Assembly (NCBI GenBank): GCA_010032875.1
Contig: RGSB01000002.1
Location: forward strand, 11,546 to 75,545
Length of the DNA stretch: 64,000 nucleotides
DNA from: Actinomycetota bacterium
Lineage (GTDB): Bacteria; Actinomycetota; Actinomycetes; Nanopelagicales; Nanopelagicaceae
Direction: 5' to 3'
Shown here: positions 21,008 to 31,311 of the stretch, piece by piece
Layout: the number at the start of each line of letters is the position of its first letter
How positions within the stretch are numbered: position 1 is the first letter of the stretch
Made by a program: the position numbers and the translations under genes
Notes under the pieces: model-generated
Told to the model about the DNA's origin: nothing
The model's input: the letters and a program-made list of their open reading frames with translations, nothing else
Databases searched by the model: none

Positions 21008-21177
21008 CTAATACAGTAATTTCAATTATTTCAATCGTTGTAGTTGTACTCGTGGCATTTTTTCTATCATCACGATTTAGACTTTCACATCGCTATGACA
21101 GAAAACCTACGAAACTAAACTCCTGGAACCGCCAAGATATTGGCGAAGACCCAAGTATTGATGGACGGCATTCATGA
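21004..21177 (+). CDS. 57-aa single-TM small protein, below the ORF-track cutoff, translationally coupled between trpE and trpC
   Basis: My hand translation is MTNTVISIISIVVVVLVAFFLSSRFRLSHRYDRKPTKLNSWNRQDIGEDPSIDGRHS*. Its ATG overlaps the trpE stop (ATGA) and its stop overlaps the trpC ATG (ATGA). It occupies the slot of the Trp-operon-associated membrane protein of other Actinobacteria. Confidence 0.6.
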   Translation: MTNTVISIISIVVVVLVAFFLSSRFRLSHRYDRKPTKLNSWNRQDIGEDPSIDGRHS

Positions 21178-21947
21178 GCGTTCTCGATTCAATTATTGAG
21201 GGTGTGAAAGAAGATCTTGAACAGCGCAAACTTTCGAGAGCACAGATATTAGAAGCAATCGAAGTAGCAGCACCCGTTCGATCTGATATTTCAGCTTTCC
21301 AATCAAGTTCGCTTTCATTGATTGCTGAAGTTAAACGATCATCGCCAAGCAAAGGTGCCCTTGCTCCTATTGTTGATCCAGCATTACTGGCTTCTCGCTA
21401 TGAAAAAGGGGGCGCATCTGCGATTAGCGTCCTGACAGAGCGACGCAGATTTGGTGGATCACTAGAAGATTTAGATGCTGTTCGTAAAGTAGTCAATCTT
21501 CCAATCTTGCGAAAAGATTTTATGGTTGATCAGTACCAATTCCTTGAAGCTCGGGCACATGGCGCCGATTTAGTTCTTCTGATTGTTGCAGCCCTTTCAA
21601 AGAATCAACTCGCTGATTATTTAGCGTTGACCCGAGAACTTGGAATGCACGCCATTGTTGAAGTTCACACACCAGCAGAACTGGAAATAGCTTTAGACAA
21701 TCCCTGCGAATTCATTGGAGTTAATTCACGGAACCTAAAGACTTTAGAAGTAGATCCTGTTGCCTTCAAAGAATTATTGCCACAAATCCCAACCGATGTA
21801 ATTCGCATTGCGGAGTCAGGCATAACGACCAGATCTGATGTTGAATTCGCAGTTGAGTGTGGAGCAAACGCAATTTTGGTCGGAGAAGCATTGGTGCGAG
21901 CGGGAGATCCCGAATTCGCCGTGCAGCATTTACTCGGACGCCAGTAA
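21174..21947 (+). CDS. trpC: Indole-3-glycerol phosphate synthase
   Basis: Motifs are IAEVKRSSPSKG, LRKDF and GVNSRNL. Confidence 0.95.
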   Translation: MSVLDSIIEGVKEDLEQRKLSRAQILEAIEVAAPVRSDISAFQSSSLSLIAEVKRSSPSKGALAPIVDPALLASRYEKGGASAISVLTERRRFGGSLEDLDAVRKVVNLPILRKDFMVDQYQFLEARAHGADLVLLIVAALSKNQLADYLALTRELGMHAIVEVHTPAELEIALDNPCEFIGVNSRNLKTLEVDPVAFKELLPQIPTDVIRIAESGITTRSDVEFAVECGANAILVGEALVRAGDPEFAVQHLLGRQ

Positions 21948-21956
21948 GATTTGAGC

Positions 21957-23165
21957 ATGAGCACATCATCGACTGAACAGAGCGATACACGCGCTGGTCA
22001 CTTTGGTCAGTTTGGTGGTCGCTATGTGCCTGAAGCACTCATTGGTGCACTCGATGAATTAGAGATTGCTCACAATAATGCTCAGAAAGATCCAGAGTTT
22101 CTGGCCGAATTGGCTCAGTTACATAAAACTTATTCTGGCCGGCCAAGCATTATTACTGAAGCAAAGAGATTTGCCGAGCACGCAGGTGGTGCACGAATTA
22201 TTCTCAAACGAGAAGATCTCAATCACACTGGCAGCCATAAAATAAATAATGTTTTAGGGCAAGCGCTCCTTGCAAAGCGTTCAGGTAAGAAGCGCGTCAT
22301 CGCTGAAACCGGCGCGGGTCAACACGGTGTCGCATCTGCAACCGCTGCGGCCTTAATGGGTCTCGAGTGCGTTGTTTACATGGGTGAGGAAGATACAAAG
22401 CGTCAATCACTCAACGTCGCACGTATGAAGTTATTAGGCGCTGAAGTTGTACCGGTAACCACGGGATCGAAGACACTCAAAGATGCAATTAATGAAGCAA
22501 TGCGTGACTGGGTTACTAATGTCGAGAGCACAAATTATCTCTTTGGCACTGTTGCAGGTCCACATCCGTTTCCAACTATGGTTAGAGATTTCCAAAAAAT
22601 TATTGGTGAAGAAGCTCGCGCACAAGTCATAGAACTCACGGGCAAACTTCCTGACGCAGTTCTTGCTTGCGTTGGTGGTGGTTCCAATGCAATCGGCATT
22701 TTTTATGATTTTATTAAAGATACAGATGTTCGATTAATCGGTCTTGAAGCTGGTGGCGATGGTGTTGAAACGGGACGACATGCAGCAACAATTACTGGTG
22801 GAACGCCAGGAGTTTTACATGGTGCGCGTTCGTACTTGCTGCAAGATGAAAATGGACAAACCGTAGAGTCACATTCAATTTCTGCAGGCTTGGATTATCC
22901 TGGAGTTGGTCCAGAGCATGCTTACCTCAGTGACATTGGAAGAGCTGAATACCGCGCAATCACAGATGCTGAAGCAATGTACGCATTTTCATTACTCTGT
23001 AAGACCGAAGGAATAATTCCAGCAATTGAAACAGCCCATGCATTGGCCGGAGCGCTTCAAGTTGGACGAGAATTAGGAAAAGAGGCAACACTTCTCATTA
23101 ATCTTTCAGGTCGCGGAGATAAGGATGTAGTTACGGCTGCAGATTATTTTGGAATTCCTCTTTAA
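21957..23165 (+). CDS. trpB: Tryptophan synthase beta chain
   Basis: Motifs are [17 protein letters not shown] and GGGSNAIG. An alternative TTG start lies at 21951. Confidence 0.97.
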   Translation: MSTSSTEQSDTRAGHFGQFGGRYVPEALIGALDELEIAHNNAQKDPEFLAELAQLHKTYSGRPSIITEAKRFAEHAGGARIILKREDLNHTGSHKINNVLGQALLAKRSGKKRVIAETGAGQHGVASATAAALMGLECVVYMGEEDTKRQSLNVARMKLLGAEVVPVTTGSKTLKDAINEAMRDWVTNVESTNYLFGTVAGPHPFPTMVRDFQKIIGEEARAQVIELTGKLPDAVLACVGGGSNAIGIFYDFIKDTDVRLIGLEAGGDGVETGRHAATITGGTPGVLHGARSYLLQDENGQTVESHSISAGLDYPGVGPEHAYLSDIGRAEYRAITDAEAMYAFSLLCKTEGIIPAIETAHALAGALQVGRELGKEATLLINLSGRGDKDVVTAADYFGIPL

Positions 23166-23971
23166 TGAGCACACCACTTGCACAACTCTTCAAAAAGACT
23201 CAATCAGAGAACAGAGCAGCACTCATCGCATACATTCCTGCTGGTTATCCAACGCAGGAAGGGTGCAAGGCTGTTATCGATGCTTTTGCGGATTCGGGAG
23301 TTGACGCAATTGAAATTGGTTTTCCATACAGCGATCCCGTAATGGATGGACCCACAATCCAAGAAGCGGCTAGCACATCGCTGAATGCAGGAACTGGAGC
23401 CAAAGAAGTTTTTGAAGCCCTTGCTCATGCCACCAGTCGCGGAATTCCAACTGTTGTCATGACTTACTGGAATCCAGTTGAGAAATACGGTGTCGAAAAC
23501 TTTGCGCAATCAATTGCTACGCATGCAGGCTCTGGAGTTATTACTCCAGATCTGCCAGTTGATGAAGCGCAACCATGGAAGAAGGCGTGTGCGACATCGG
23601 ATATAAATTCGATCTTTGTGGTTGCACCAAGCACAACGGATAAACGTCTTGAAAAAGTTACTGAGCAATGTTCAGGCTTTGTCTATGCAGCATCACTTAT
23701 GGGGGTCACTGGCGCACGTTCAGGTATTTCATCTGGCGCCAGAGATTTAGTCGATCGAATTAAGAAAATAACAGACACTCCTGTAGCAGTTGGACTAGGC
23801 GTTTCAACACGCGAACATGCCAAGGAGGTCGCCGCGTACGCCGATGGCGTGATTGTCGGATCCGCATTCATCAATGCTCTCGCCCAAGCAGATTCATTGG
23901 ATTCGGGAATAAAAGCTGTGCGTAGACTTGTTGAGCAGTTAGCACTTGGAGTTCGAGAGGGCAGGGGATGA
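23165..23971 (+). CDS. trpA: Tryptophan synthase alpha chain
   Basis: Motifs are IEIGFPYSDPVMDGP and GFVYAASLMGVTG. It has a TAATG overlap with trpB. Confidence 0.95.
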   Translation: MSTPLAQLFKKTQSENRAALIAYIPAGYPTQEGCKAVIDAFADSGVDAIEIGFPYSDPVMDGPTIQEAASTSLNAGTGAKEVFEALAHATSRGIPTVVMTYWNPVEKYGVENFAQSIATHAGSGVITPDLPVDEAQPWKKACATSDINSIFVVAPSTTDKRLEKVTEQCSGFVYAASLMGVTGARSGISSGARDLVDRIKKITDTPVAVGLGVSTREHAKEVAAYADGVIVGSAFINALAQADSLDSGIKAVRRLVEQLALGVREGRG

Positions 23972-24462
23972 AAAAAGCACAGCCGTGGATCGGATTGCTT
24001 GCCCGATTGATACTGGGTGGCGTATTACTCGTTGCGGGATATCTCAAAGCATTTACACCTGATAAATCAATGATGGCGGTACGCGCCTATGAAATTCTTC
24101 CAATTTGGTTGGCAAATGCAATCGGGATAATTCTTCCCTGGTTAGAAATCGGAGCAGGATTACTCCTTATTATCGGCGTTGGAATTCGATATTCAGCAAT
24201 TTTTGGTTCTGCTCTCATGGTGCTTTTTATCATCGCAATTGCACAAGCATGGGCACGAGGCTTATCCATTGATTGCGGATGTTTCGGTGGCGGTGGAACA
24301 ATTGATCCAAGCCAAACCAAGTATTTAGAGGAAATATTGCGAGACATAGGCTTAGCGCTTTTAGGTCTTTACCTTCTTCGCTACCCTAATACCAAGTTTG
24401 CACTTGAAAAGAACAAGTCACGCGAACCAAAGTCATCAGAACAACTAACACCAGGAGAATAA
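23968..24462 (+). CDS. MauE/DoxX-family membrane protein with a paired-Cys motif
   Basis: It has four predicted TM helices and a DCGCFGGGG motif typical of MauE-like proteins. It has an ATGA overlap with trpA. Confidence 0.7.
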   Translation: MKKAQPWIGLLARLILGGVLLVAGYLKAFTPDKSMMAVRAYEILPIWLANAIGIILPWLEIGAGLLLIIGVGIRYSAIFGSALMVLFIIAIAQAWARGLSIDCGCFGGGGTIDPSQTKYLEEILRDIGLALLGLYLLRYPNTKFALEKNKSREPKSSEQLTPGE

Positions 24463-24466
24463 AGAG

Positions 24467-25159
24467 ATGTCATCAAAGACACCTAAAGGACCAGACAACG
24501 TAACTCGCAACTTAGTAATAGGAATGGTTGTCTTAGTAGTTGCAGTCGGAGCAATTTTCTCCGTGTTGAGCAATAAAGAAAATACGTCAGCGGCTCTACC
24601 GTCAAGTGTTTCCCAAGAAGATGGATACGGAATAGTTTTCAATGGCGATCTCACTGGTGTTCCAGTTATAGATATTTGGGAAGATTTCCAATGTCCAGTG
24701 TGTGCTCGTTTTGAGCAAACAAATGGTGATTACATCGAAAAACTCATTGAAGAAAAGAAGGCCAAGGTTGTATTCCATACTCTTTCATTCCTAGGACCTG
24801 AATCTTCACTGGCAGCAAATGCTGCTGCGTGTGCCTCTGATGAGAATAAATTCCTCGGTTTCCACAGAGCTTTCTATCAAAACTTACCCGCTGAAAATTC
24901 AGGCGCAATTACTACTGATTACCTAGTAGCACTAGGAAAGTTCGTTGGAATCACTTCAGATAAATTTAAGAGCTGCGTTGCCAACCTTGATTACAAGGGT
25001 TGGGTAAATAACGTGGCAGCATCTGGTGGAAAAGCGAATGTAAATTCAACTCCAACAGTGTTCGTCAATGGAAAAGAAATCCGGAGAGCGACATCTGGTG
25101 CAGATCTTGGAGATTACTTCGATCCAGCAGCATTCGCTAAAGCTGTAGAGGGAAAGTAA
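24467..25159 (+). CDS. Membrane-anchored DsbA-like thioredoxin-fold thiol:disulfide oxidoreductase
   Basis: It has an N-terminal TM anchor, the active site FQCPVCARFE (CxxC), and a DsbA-like C-terminal part (TPTVFVNGKE). Confidence 0.8.
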   Translation: MSSKTPKGPDNVTRNLVIGMVVLVVAVGAIFSVLSNKENTSAALPSSVSQEDGYGIVFNGDLTGVPVIDIWEDFQCPVCARFEQTNGDYIEKLIEEKKAKVVFHTLSFLGPESSLAANAAACASDENKFLGFHRAFYQNLPAENSGAITTDYLVALGKFVGITSDKFKSCVANLDYKGWVNNVAASGGKANVNSTPTVFVNGKEIRRATSGADLGDYFDPAAFAKAVEGK

Positions 25160-25163
25160 AACT

Positions 25164-25976
25164 TTGAATAGATCGATTCCAACACCGAGTACTTCGGTAT
25201 TGGAACTCGGTCCATTCACGATTCATTTCTATGCGCTATGCATAATTGCTGGAATCGTTATTGCGCTTTGGCTCGGCGATAAACGATTTAAATCGCACGG
25301 CGATAACTTAGAAAACGTAGTTGCAGATGTTGCTATCTGGGCAGTTCCCTTCGGAATTCTCGGGGGACGTCTCTACCACGTGATCTCTTCTCCAAATAAC
25401 TATTTCGGCAAGAACGGCAATCCAATCGATGCCATAAAGATTTGGCAAGGTGGATTAGGAATTTGGGGTGCGATCTCGGTAGGAGCAATTGCTGCATATT
25501 TTGCCTACAAGAATCTTGCGAAGAAGAGAGAATTACCTGCCTTTGGTTATTTTCTTGATGCGCTAGCGCCAGGAATATTGTTAGCACAAGCCATTGGGCG
25601 TTTAGGTAATTGGTTTAATGGTGAGTTATTTGGTCGTCCAACAAATTTGCCATGGGCCCTACAGATTCCACCAGATTTGCGACCAGATAATTACGCCAAG
25701 TATCTAACGTTTCATCCAACTTTTTTATATGAACTAATCTGGTGCACCATCCTCGCTGTGGTTCTCATTGTGTGGGGCAAGAAATTAGTGGCAGGTCAGG
25801 TCTTTAGCGCCTATGTAGCTTTGTACAGCGTAGGTCGTTTGTTTATCGAAATTATTCGAATAGATGAAGCCAATACAATTGCAGGTCTACGCGTGAATGT
25901 GTGGATCAGCGCAATAGTTGCATCCCTAGCACTGCTCAATTACCTCAGATTAGGACGCACTTCGGCTAAGATTTAA
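25164..25976 (+). CDS. lgt: Prolipoprotein diacylglyceryl transferase
   Basis: It has the GRLGNWFNGELFG motif and multiple TM helices. It follows trpA syntenically, as in other Actinobacteria. The start is TTG. Confidence 0.93.
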   Translation: MNRSIPTPSTSVLELGPFTIHFYALCIIAGIVIALWLGDKRFKSHGDNLENVVADVAIWAVPFGILGGRLYHVISSPNNYFGKNGNPIDAIKIWQGGLGIWGAISVGAIAAYFAYKNLAKKRELPAFGYFLDALAPGILLAQAIGRLGNWFNGELFGRPTNLPWALQIPPDLRPDNYAKYLTFHPTFLYELIWCTILAVVLIVWGKKLVAGQVFSAYVALYSVGRLFIEIIRIDEANTIAGLRVNVWISAIVASLALLNYLRLGRTSAKI

Positions 25977-25978
25977 AA

Positions 25979-26686
25979 ATGGCCCTAGAAGATGTTTACC
26001 GTCGCAATCTAGAGCACCGTACCCATCGAGCGGGATGGCTTCGAGCCGCTGTACTTGGTGCCAATGATGGATTGGTTTCTACGGCTTCACTCATGATCGG
26101 TGTTGCTGCAGCGAAAGCCGATAGCTTTTTAATAACAGCAGGTCTCGCGGGAATCTCCGCAGGTGCGATGTCCATGGCAGTTGGTGAGTACGTTTCAGTG
26201 CGATCACAAAATGATATTGAGGAATCGGATCGTTTACTTGAAATACAACACTTAGCAATTGATCCCGAAGGGGAGTTACTTGAGTTAAAACATATTTATA
26301 TGGAGCGCGGATTAACTCCAGAACTAGCAGCAGAAGTAGCTCAAGCGATGCACGAAAAAGATGCACTTGCTGCGCATCTTCGAGATGAACTCGGACAGCA
26401 TCCACATACAAAGGCTCGTCCGCTGCAAGCCGCATTTGCATCCGCTGCAAGTTTTACATTGGGTGGTGTAATTCCTTTTCTTGGTGCATTCGCTCCGACC
26501 CTTGGAGCAAAGGCGTGGAGCATCGTTGCTTTCACCTTGGTAGGACTTTTGTTTACCGGAATTCTTAGTGCTCGCACTGCTGGAACAGCCGTTCTTAAAC
26601 CAACTATTCGAGTCATGCTGGGTGGCTGCGCGGGCATGGCAATCACCGCTGGTATTGGTCAACTCGCCCATATAAGCGGAATATAA
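25979..26686 (+). CDS. VIT1/CCC1-family Fe/Mn transporter
   Basis: It has the GANDGLVSTASLMIGVAAA motif, a central acidic helix region and C-terminal TM helices. Confidence 0.85.
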   Translation: MALEDVYRRNLEHRTHRAGWLRAAVLGANDGLVSTASLMIGVAAAKADSFLITAGLAGISAGAMSMAVGEYVSVRSQNDIEESDRLLEIQHLAIDPEGELLELKHIYMERGLTPELAAEVAQAMHEKDALAAHLRDELGQHPHTKARPLQAAFASAASFTLGGVIPFLGAFAPTLGAKAWSIVAFTLVGLLFTGILSARTAGTAVLKPTIRVMLGGCAGMAITAGIGQLAHISGI

Positions 26687-26692
26687 AACTCA

Positions 26693-26710
26693 GATTCCAC
26701 TGTTGGAATC
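26693..26710 (+). other. Short hairpin (GATTCCA-ctgt-TGGAATC) 7 nt after the VIT1 stop
   Basis: It has a perfect 7-bp stem and a 4-nt loop but no following T-tract. It is therefore not a canonical intrinsic terminator. Confidence 0.3.
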
Positions 26711-26799
26711 CAAGCCCTTCTTGCTACTCTTTACCCTGTAACACTTACCAGGGCCAAGGTTGTCCCTAAAAAATTTCGACAACTGGAGCACCTGAAGCA

Positions 26800-29700
26800 A
26801 TGAGTTTGCAATCCAATTATCCACGGGTACAAGGGTTATATGACCCTGCCAACGAGCATGATGCTTGTGGCGTTGCAATGGTTGCGACCTTAAATAAAGT
26901 TGCTTCTCACTCAATAGTTGCCAACGGTCTTACAGCTTTACGAAATCTTGAACATCGCGGAGCATCAGGTGCCGAACCAGATAGTGGAGATGGCGCTGGA
27001 ATTCTTATTTGTGTTCCAGATCAGTTTTATCGCAGCGCCGTGCAATTCGCTTTACCGCCAGAAGGATTTTACGCAACAGGTATTGGGTTCATTTCTCCAG
27101 GTGAGCAAATTAAAGATTCAATTGAAGCCCTAGCCCGTGAAGAAGGATTAATCGTTCTTGGATGGCGCGAGTTACCAATCAACACGGCTTCATTGGGCAA
27201 AACAGCACTCTCAGTCATGCCGCGCTTTGAACAAATATTTATCGCTGGATCAAAAAATGAATCAGGAATCAATTTAGATCGTCTAGCTTTTTGTCTTCGA
27301 AAACGAGCAGAACATACTCTGCCAATCTATTTTCCATCACTGTCTTCGAAAACTATCGTTTACAAAGGCATGCTCACAACGGGTCAGCTTGAGGAATTTT
27401 TCCCCGACCTCAGTGACGAACGTGTTATCTCTCCACTTGCCCTAGTCCACTCACGTTTTTCTACGAATACTTTCCCATCGTGGCCCTTAGCGCACCCATA
27501 TCGTTTTATTGCGCATAATGGTGAAATCAACACCGTCAAAGGTAATAGAAATTGGATGCGGGCACGTGAAACGCTTTTACAGAGTGATGTAATTCCTGGC
27601 GATATTCAAAGAATTTTTCCAATTGTTGATCCAACTGGCAGCGACTCTGCTTCCTTTGATGAAGTTCTAGAACTGCTGTATTTAGGTGGACGTTCTCTAG
27701 CGCACTCAGTACTGATGATGATTCCTGAAGCGTGGGAGAATCACACATCCATGTCTCAGGAACGCAGAGATTTTTATGCATTCCACGCATCACTGATGGA
27801 ACCGTGGGATGGACCTGCATGTGTAACTTTTACAGATGGTCATCAAATCGGCGCAGTACTCGATCGCAACGGACTTCGACCATCACGCTTTTGGATCACT
27901 AAAGATGGTCTAGTTGTTTTAGCAAGCGAAGTAGGAGTACTAGATATTCCGGCCGATCAAGTTGCACGCAAAGGTCGCTTGCAACCAGGAAAAATGTTTT
28001 TGGTTGATATCGAACAAGGTCGAATTATTGAAGATGATGAGATAAAAGACTCCTTGGCACAGAGCGCACCGTATAGCGAATGGCTTCACGCCGGAATTAT
28101 GAAACTAAATGAGCTGCCACCACGTGAGCACATTATTTATCCGCATTCATCCGTTGTTCGTAGACAACGAGCCTTCGGATATACAGAAGAAGAGTTAAGA
28201 ATTTTGATTACCCCGATGGCAAAAAACGGTGCAGAACCATTGGGGTCCATGGGAACAGATTCACCAATTGCTGCGCTCTCTGAAAAACCTCGATTGCTCT
28301 TTGATTATTTTTCTCAGTTATTCGCTCAAGTTACTAACCCACCATTAGATGCAATTCGTGAAGAACTCGTAACAAGTTTGGGCGGATCTGTCGGTCCAGA
28401 ACATAATCTTCTCGATCCAGGTCCAGCTTCATGCCGTCAAATATCACTAGCCTTTCCTGTTATTGATAATGATGAACTCGCAAAGATCATTCACGTAAAT
28501 GCTGATGGAGATTACCCTGGCTTATCTGCCTATGTCGTACGTGGTCTTTTCCAAGTGGCAGGTGGGGGAGATTCACTTCGTAAGCGTTTAGATGAAATTG
28601 CTGAAGAGGTTTCGACTGCGATTGCAGAAGGTGCGCGAATAATTGTTTTATCTGACAGAGACGGCGATGCTGAAGATGCACCTATTCCATCGCTATTGCT
28701 CACTTCAGCGGTACATCACCATTTGATTCGAGAAAAAACACGCACAACTGTTGGTTTGGTAGTTGAAGCTGGAGATGTGCGTGAAGTGCATCATGTCGCA
28801 CTTCTCATTGGTTATGGCGCAGCAGCAGTAAATCCTTATCTAGCAATGGAGAGTGCTGAAGATTTAGTTCTTCAAGGCGTAATTACAGGAATAACTCCCG
28901 AAAAAGCTGTTCGCAATCTCATTAAAAGTTTAGGTAAGGGAGTTCTCAAGGTGATGTCCAAGATGGGCATTTCAACTATTGCTTCTTATACAGGTGCTCA
29001 AGTTTTCGAAGCAATTGGACTTTCTCAAGAGTTAGTTGACCGATATTTCACGGGAACCACATCGCGATTAGGTGGTATCGATTTAGACATCATTGCTAAA
29101 GAAACAATTGCTCGCCACCACATTGCATATCCACCTGGAGGCGAAGTTCCAGGGTCACGCAGACTCCCAATCGGCGGTGAATATCAGTGGCGACGTGAAG
29201 GCGAACCACATCTCTTCGATCCAGAAACTGTTTTCACTCTGCAACACTCAACACGTGCAAAGCGCTATGACATATTCAAGCGATACACACACAAGATTGA
29301 TGAACAGAGCAAAGCACTCATGACGTTGCGCGGATTGTTCTCGTTTAAGGAACGCACACCTATTTCAATTGATGAGGTAGAACCAGTTTCAGAAATTCTT
29401 AAACGATTTTCTACCGGAGCTATGTCTTACGGATCAATCTCACAAGAAGCGCATGAAACGTTAGCGATTGCAATGAATCGCATTGGTGCTAAATCCAATA
29501 CTGGAGAAGGCGGAGAAGATCCAGATCGTTATCTGCCCATGGCCAATGGGGATTCAAAGCGATCAGCAATTAAGCAAGTTGCAAGCGGTCGCTTTGGCGT
29601 GACTAGTGATTACCTTGTCAATGCCGATGACATCCAAATTAAGATTGCACAAGGTGCAAAACCTGGAGAAGGTGGGCAATTACCCGGTAACAAGGTTTAC

Positions 29701-31311
29701 CCATGGATTGCCAAAGTTAGATATTCGACCCCAGGCGTTGGTCTAATTTCGCCACCACCACATCACGACATTTACTCAATTGAAGACTTAGCTCAACTTA
29801 TTCATGATTTAAAGAATGCGAACAAAGATGCCCGAATTCATGTGAAGTTAGTAGCTGAAGTGGGAGTTGGAACAGTAGCTGCGGGAGTGAGCAAGGCTCA
29901 TGCTGATGTTGTTTTAATTTCAGGACATGATGGTGGAACAGGAGCGTCTCCGCTGACATCACTCAAGCACGCCGGTGCTCCCTGGGAATTAGGTTTGGCC
30001 GAAACACAACAGACTTTATTGCTCAATGGTTTGCGTGATCGCATTGTTGTTCAAGCAGATGGACAATTAAAGACTGGACGCGACGTTGTTATTGCAGCTC
30101 TGTTGGGAGCTGAGGAGTTTGGCTTTGCAACGGCGCCGCTTGTTGTATCTGGTTGCGTAATGATGCGCGTCTGCCATCTCGATACCTGTCCTGTCGGAGT
30201 TGCAACTCAAAATCCAGAGTTACGCAAGCGATTTACTGGGAAACCAGAATTCGTAGAAACCTTTTTCGAATACATCGCAGAAGAAGTGCGCGAATTATTA
30301 GCCCAACTCGGACTTAGAACATTACAAGAAGCAATCGGACACGTTGAATATCTAGATACGCGGGATGCGGTGAATTATTGGAAAGCGCACGGCTTAAATC
30401 TTGCTCCGCTTTTGATGCGCCCTGATGTTCCAAGTGCGCTTCACCGCACTACGACACAGGATCACGGTTTGGTTAATGCACTCGATAACAAATTAATTGA
30501 ACTCTCGTCGCTCGCATTGAAATCCAAAGAGCCAGTTCGAATTGATTTGCCGGTACGTAACGTTAATCGCACTGTAGGAACAATGCTCGGATCCGAGATT
30601 ACCCGGGCGTATGGAGCTAACGGTTTAGACCCAAATACAATTGACGTCACATTGCATGGATCATCAGGCCAATCTCTTGGTGCATTTATTCCACGTGGTC
30701 TAACAATTCGTTTGTATGGCGATGCTAATGATTACGTTGCTAAAGGAATTTCTGGAGGTCGTGTAATTGTTCGCCCGGATGAAAAGGCTCAGTTTATTTC
30801 GCATGAAAATGTGATAGCCGGAAATGTCATTGGCTATGGCGCAACATCGGGTGAGATATTTATTCGCGGAATGGTTGGTGAAAGATTCTGCGTACGAAAC
30901 TCTGGAGCTATAGCAATCGTAGAAGGTGTGGGAGATCACGGCTGTGAATACATGACTGGTGGCACTGCAGTTGTTCTAGGTCGCACCGGCAGAAACTTTG
31001 CGGCAGGAATGTCGGGAGGCCGTGCATTCGTTCTCGATCTAAATCATGCACAGGTCAATCAAGAGATGGTGGACATTATTGCTGTGCCAAATGATCAAAA
31101 AGAGATTCTGCGTTCTCTTGTTTCTTCTTTTGAAGTAGAAACTGGTTCAACCATCGCACACGAACTTCTCTCCGATTGGGATAAAGCTTTGTCTCGTATC
31201 TCATTAGTAATGCCACGAGACTATGCACGAGTTCTTGGAGCGATCGAAAAGGCAAATCGCGAAGGTTTACCAATTGATCAATACGTAATGGAGGTGGCCG
31301 CTCTTGGCTGA
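26800..31311 (+). CDS. gltB: Glutamate synthase large subunit
   Basis: It has the N-terminal CGVAMV amidotransferase Cys and the FMN and GXGXG domains. Its length is 1503 aa. Confidence 0.97.
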   Translation: MSLQSNYPRVQGLYDPANEHDACGVAMVATLNKVASHSIVANGLTALRNLEHRGASGAEPDSGDGAGILICVPDQFYRSAVQFALPPEGFYATGIGFISPGEQIKDSIEALAREEGLIVLGWRELPINTASLGKTALSVMPRFEQIFIAGSKNESGINLDRLAFCLRKRAEHTLPIYFPSLSSKTIVYKGMLTTGQLEEFFPDLSDERVISPLALVHSRFSTNTFPSWPLAHPYRFIAHNGEINTVKGNRNWMRARETLLQSDVIPGDIQRIFPIVDPTGSDSASFDEVLELLYLGGRSLAHSVLMMIPEAWENHTSMSQERRDFYAFHASLMEPWDGPACVTFTDGHQIGAVLDRNGLRPSRFWITKDGLVVLASEVGVLDIPADQVARKGRLQPGKMFLVDIEQGRIIEDDEIKDSLAQSAPYSEWLHAGIMKLNELPPREHIIYPHSSVVRRQRAFGYTEEELRILITPMAKNGAEPLGSMGTDSPIAALSEKPRLLFDYFSQLFAQVTNPPLDAIREELVTSLGGSVGPEHNLLDPGPASCRQISLAFPVIDNDELAKIIHVNADGDYPGLSAYVVRGLFQVAGGGDSLRKRLDEIAEEVSTAIAEGARIIVLSDRDGDAEDAPIPSLLLTSAVHHHLIREKTRTTVGLVVEAGDVREVHHVALLIGYGAAAVNPYLAMESAEDLVLQGVITGITPEKAVRNLIKSLGKGVLKVMSKMGISTIASYTGAQVFEAIGLSQELVDRYFTGTTSRLGGIDLDIIAKETIARHHIAYPPGGEVPGSRRLPIGGEYQWRREGEPHLFDPETVFTLQHSTRAKRYDIFKRYTHKIDEQSKALMTLRGLFSFKERTPISIDEVEPVSEILKRFSTGAMSYGSISQEAHETLAIAMNRIGAKSNTGEGGEDPDRYLPMANGDSKRSAIKQVASGRFGVTSDYLVNADDIQIKIAQGAKPGEGGQLPGNKVYPWIAKVRYSTPGVGLISPPPHHDIYSIEDLAQLIHDLKNANKDARIHVKLVAEVGVGTVAAGVSKAHADVVLISGHDGGTGASPLTSLKHAGAPWELGLAETQQTLLLNGLRDRIVVQADGQLKTGRDVVIAALLGAEEFGFATAPLVVSGCVMMRVCHLDTCPVGVATQNPELRKRFTGKPEFVETFFEYIAEEVRELLAQLGLRTLQEAIGHVEYLDTRDAVNYWKAHGLNLAPLLMRPDVPSALHRTTTQDHGLVNALDNKLIELSSLALKSKEPVRIDLPVRNVNRTVGTMLGSEITRAYGANGLDPNTIDVTLHGSSGQSLGAFIPRGLTIRLYGDANDYVAKGISGGRVIVRPDEKAQFISHENVIAGNVIGYGATSGEIFIRGMVGERFCVRNSGAIAIVEGVGDHGCEYMTGGTAVVLGRTGRNFAAGMSGGRAFVLDLNHAQVNQEMVDIIAVPNDQKEILRSLVSSFEVETGSTIAHELLSDWDKALSRISLVMPRDYARVLGAIEKANREGLPIDQYVMEVAALG

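Noticed and set aside
26091-26671. Three overlapping minus-strand ORFs (101-119 aa) inside the VIT1 gene.
   Set aside because: They are antisense to a well-supported VIT1/CCC1 CDS and have low-complexity Arg/Ser/Cys-rich composition.
26711-26799. A possible GlnR box (GTnAC-n6-GAAAC) upstream of gltB, around GTAACACTTACCAGGG.
   Set aside because: Only the first half-site matches, and no GAAAC half-site occurs at the required spacing.
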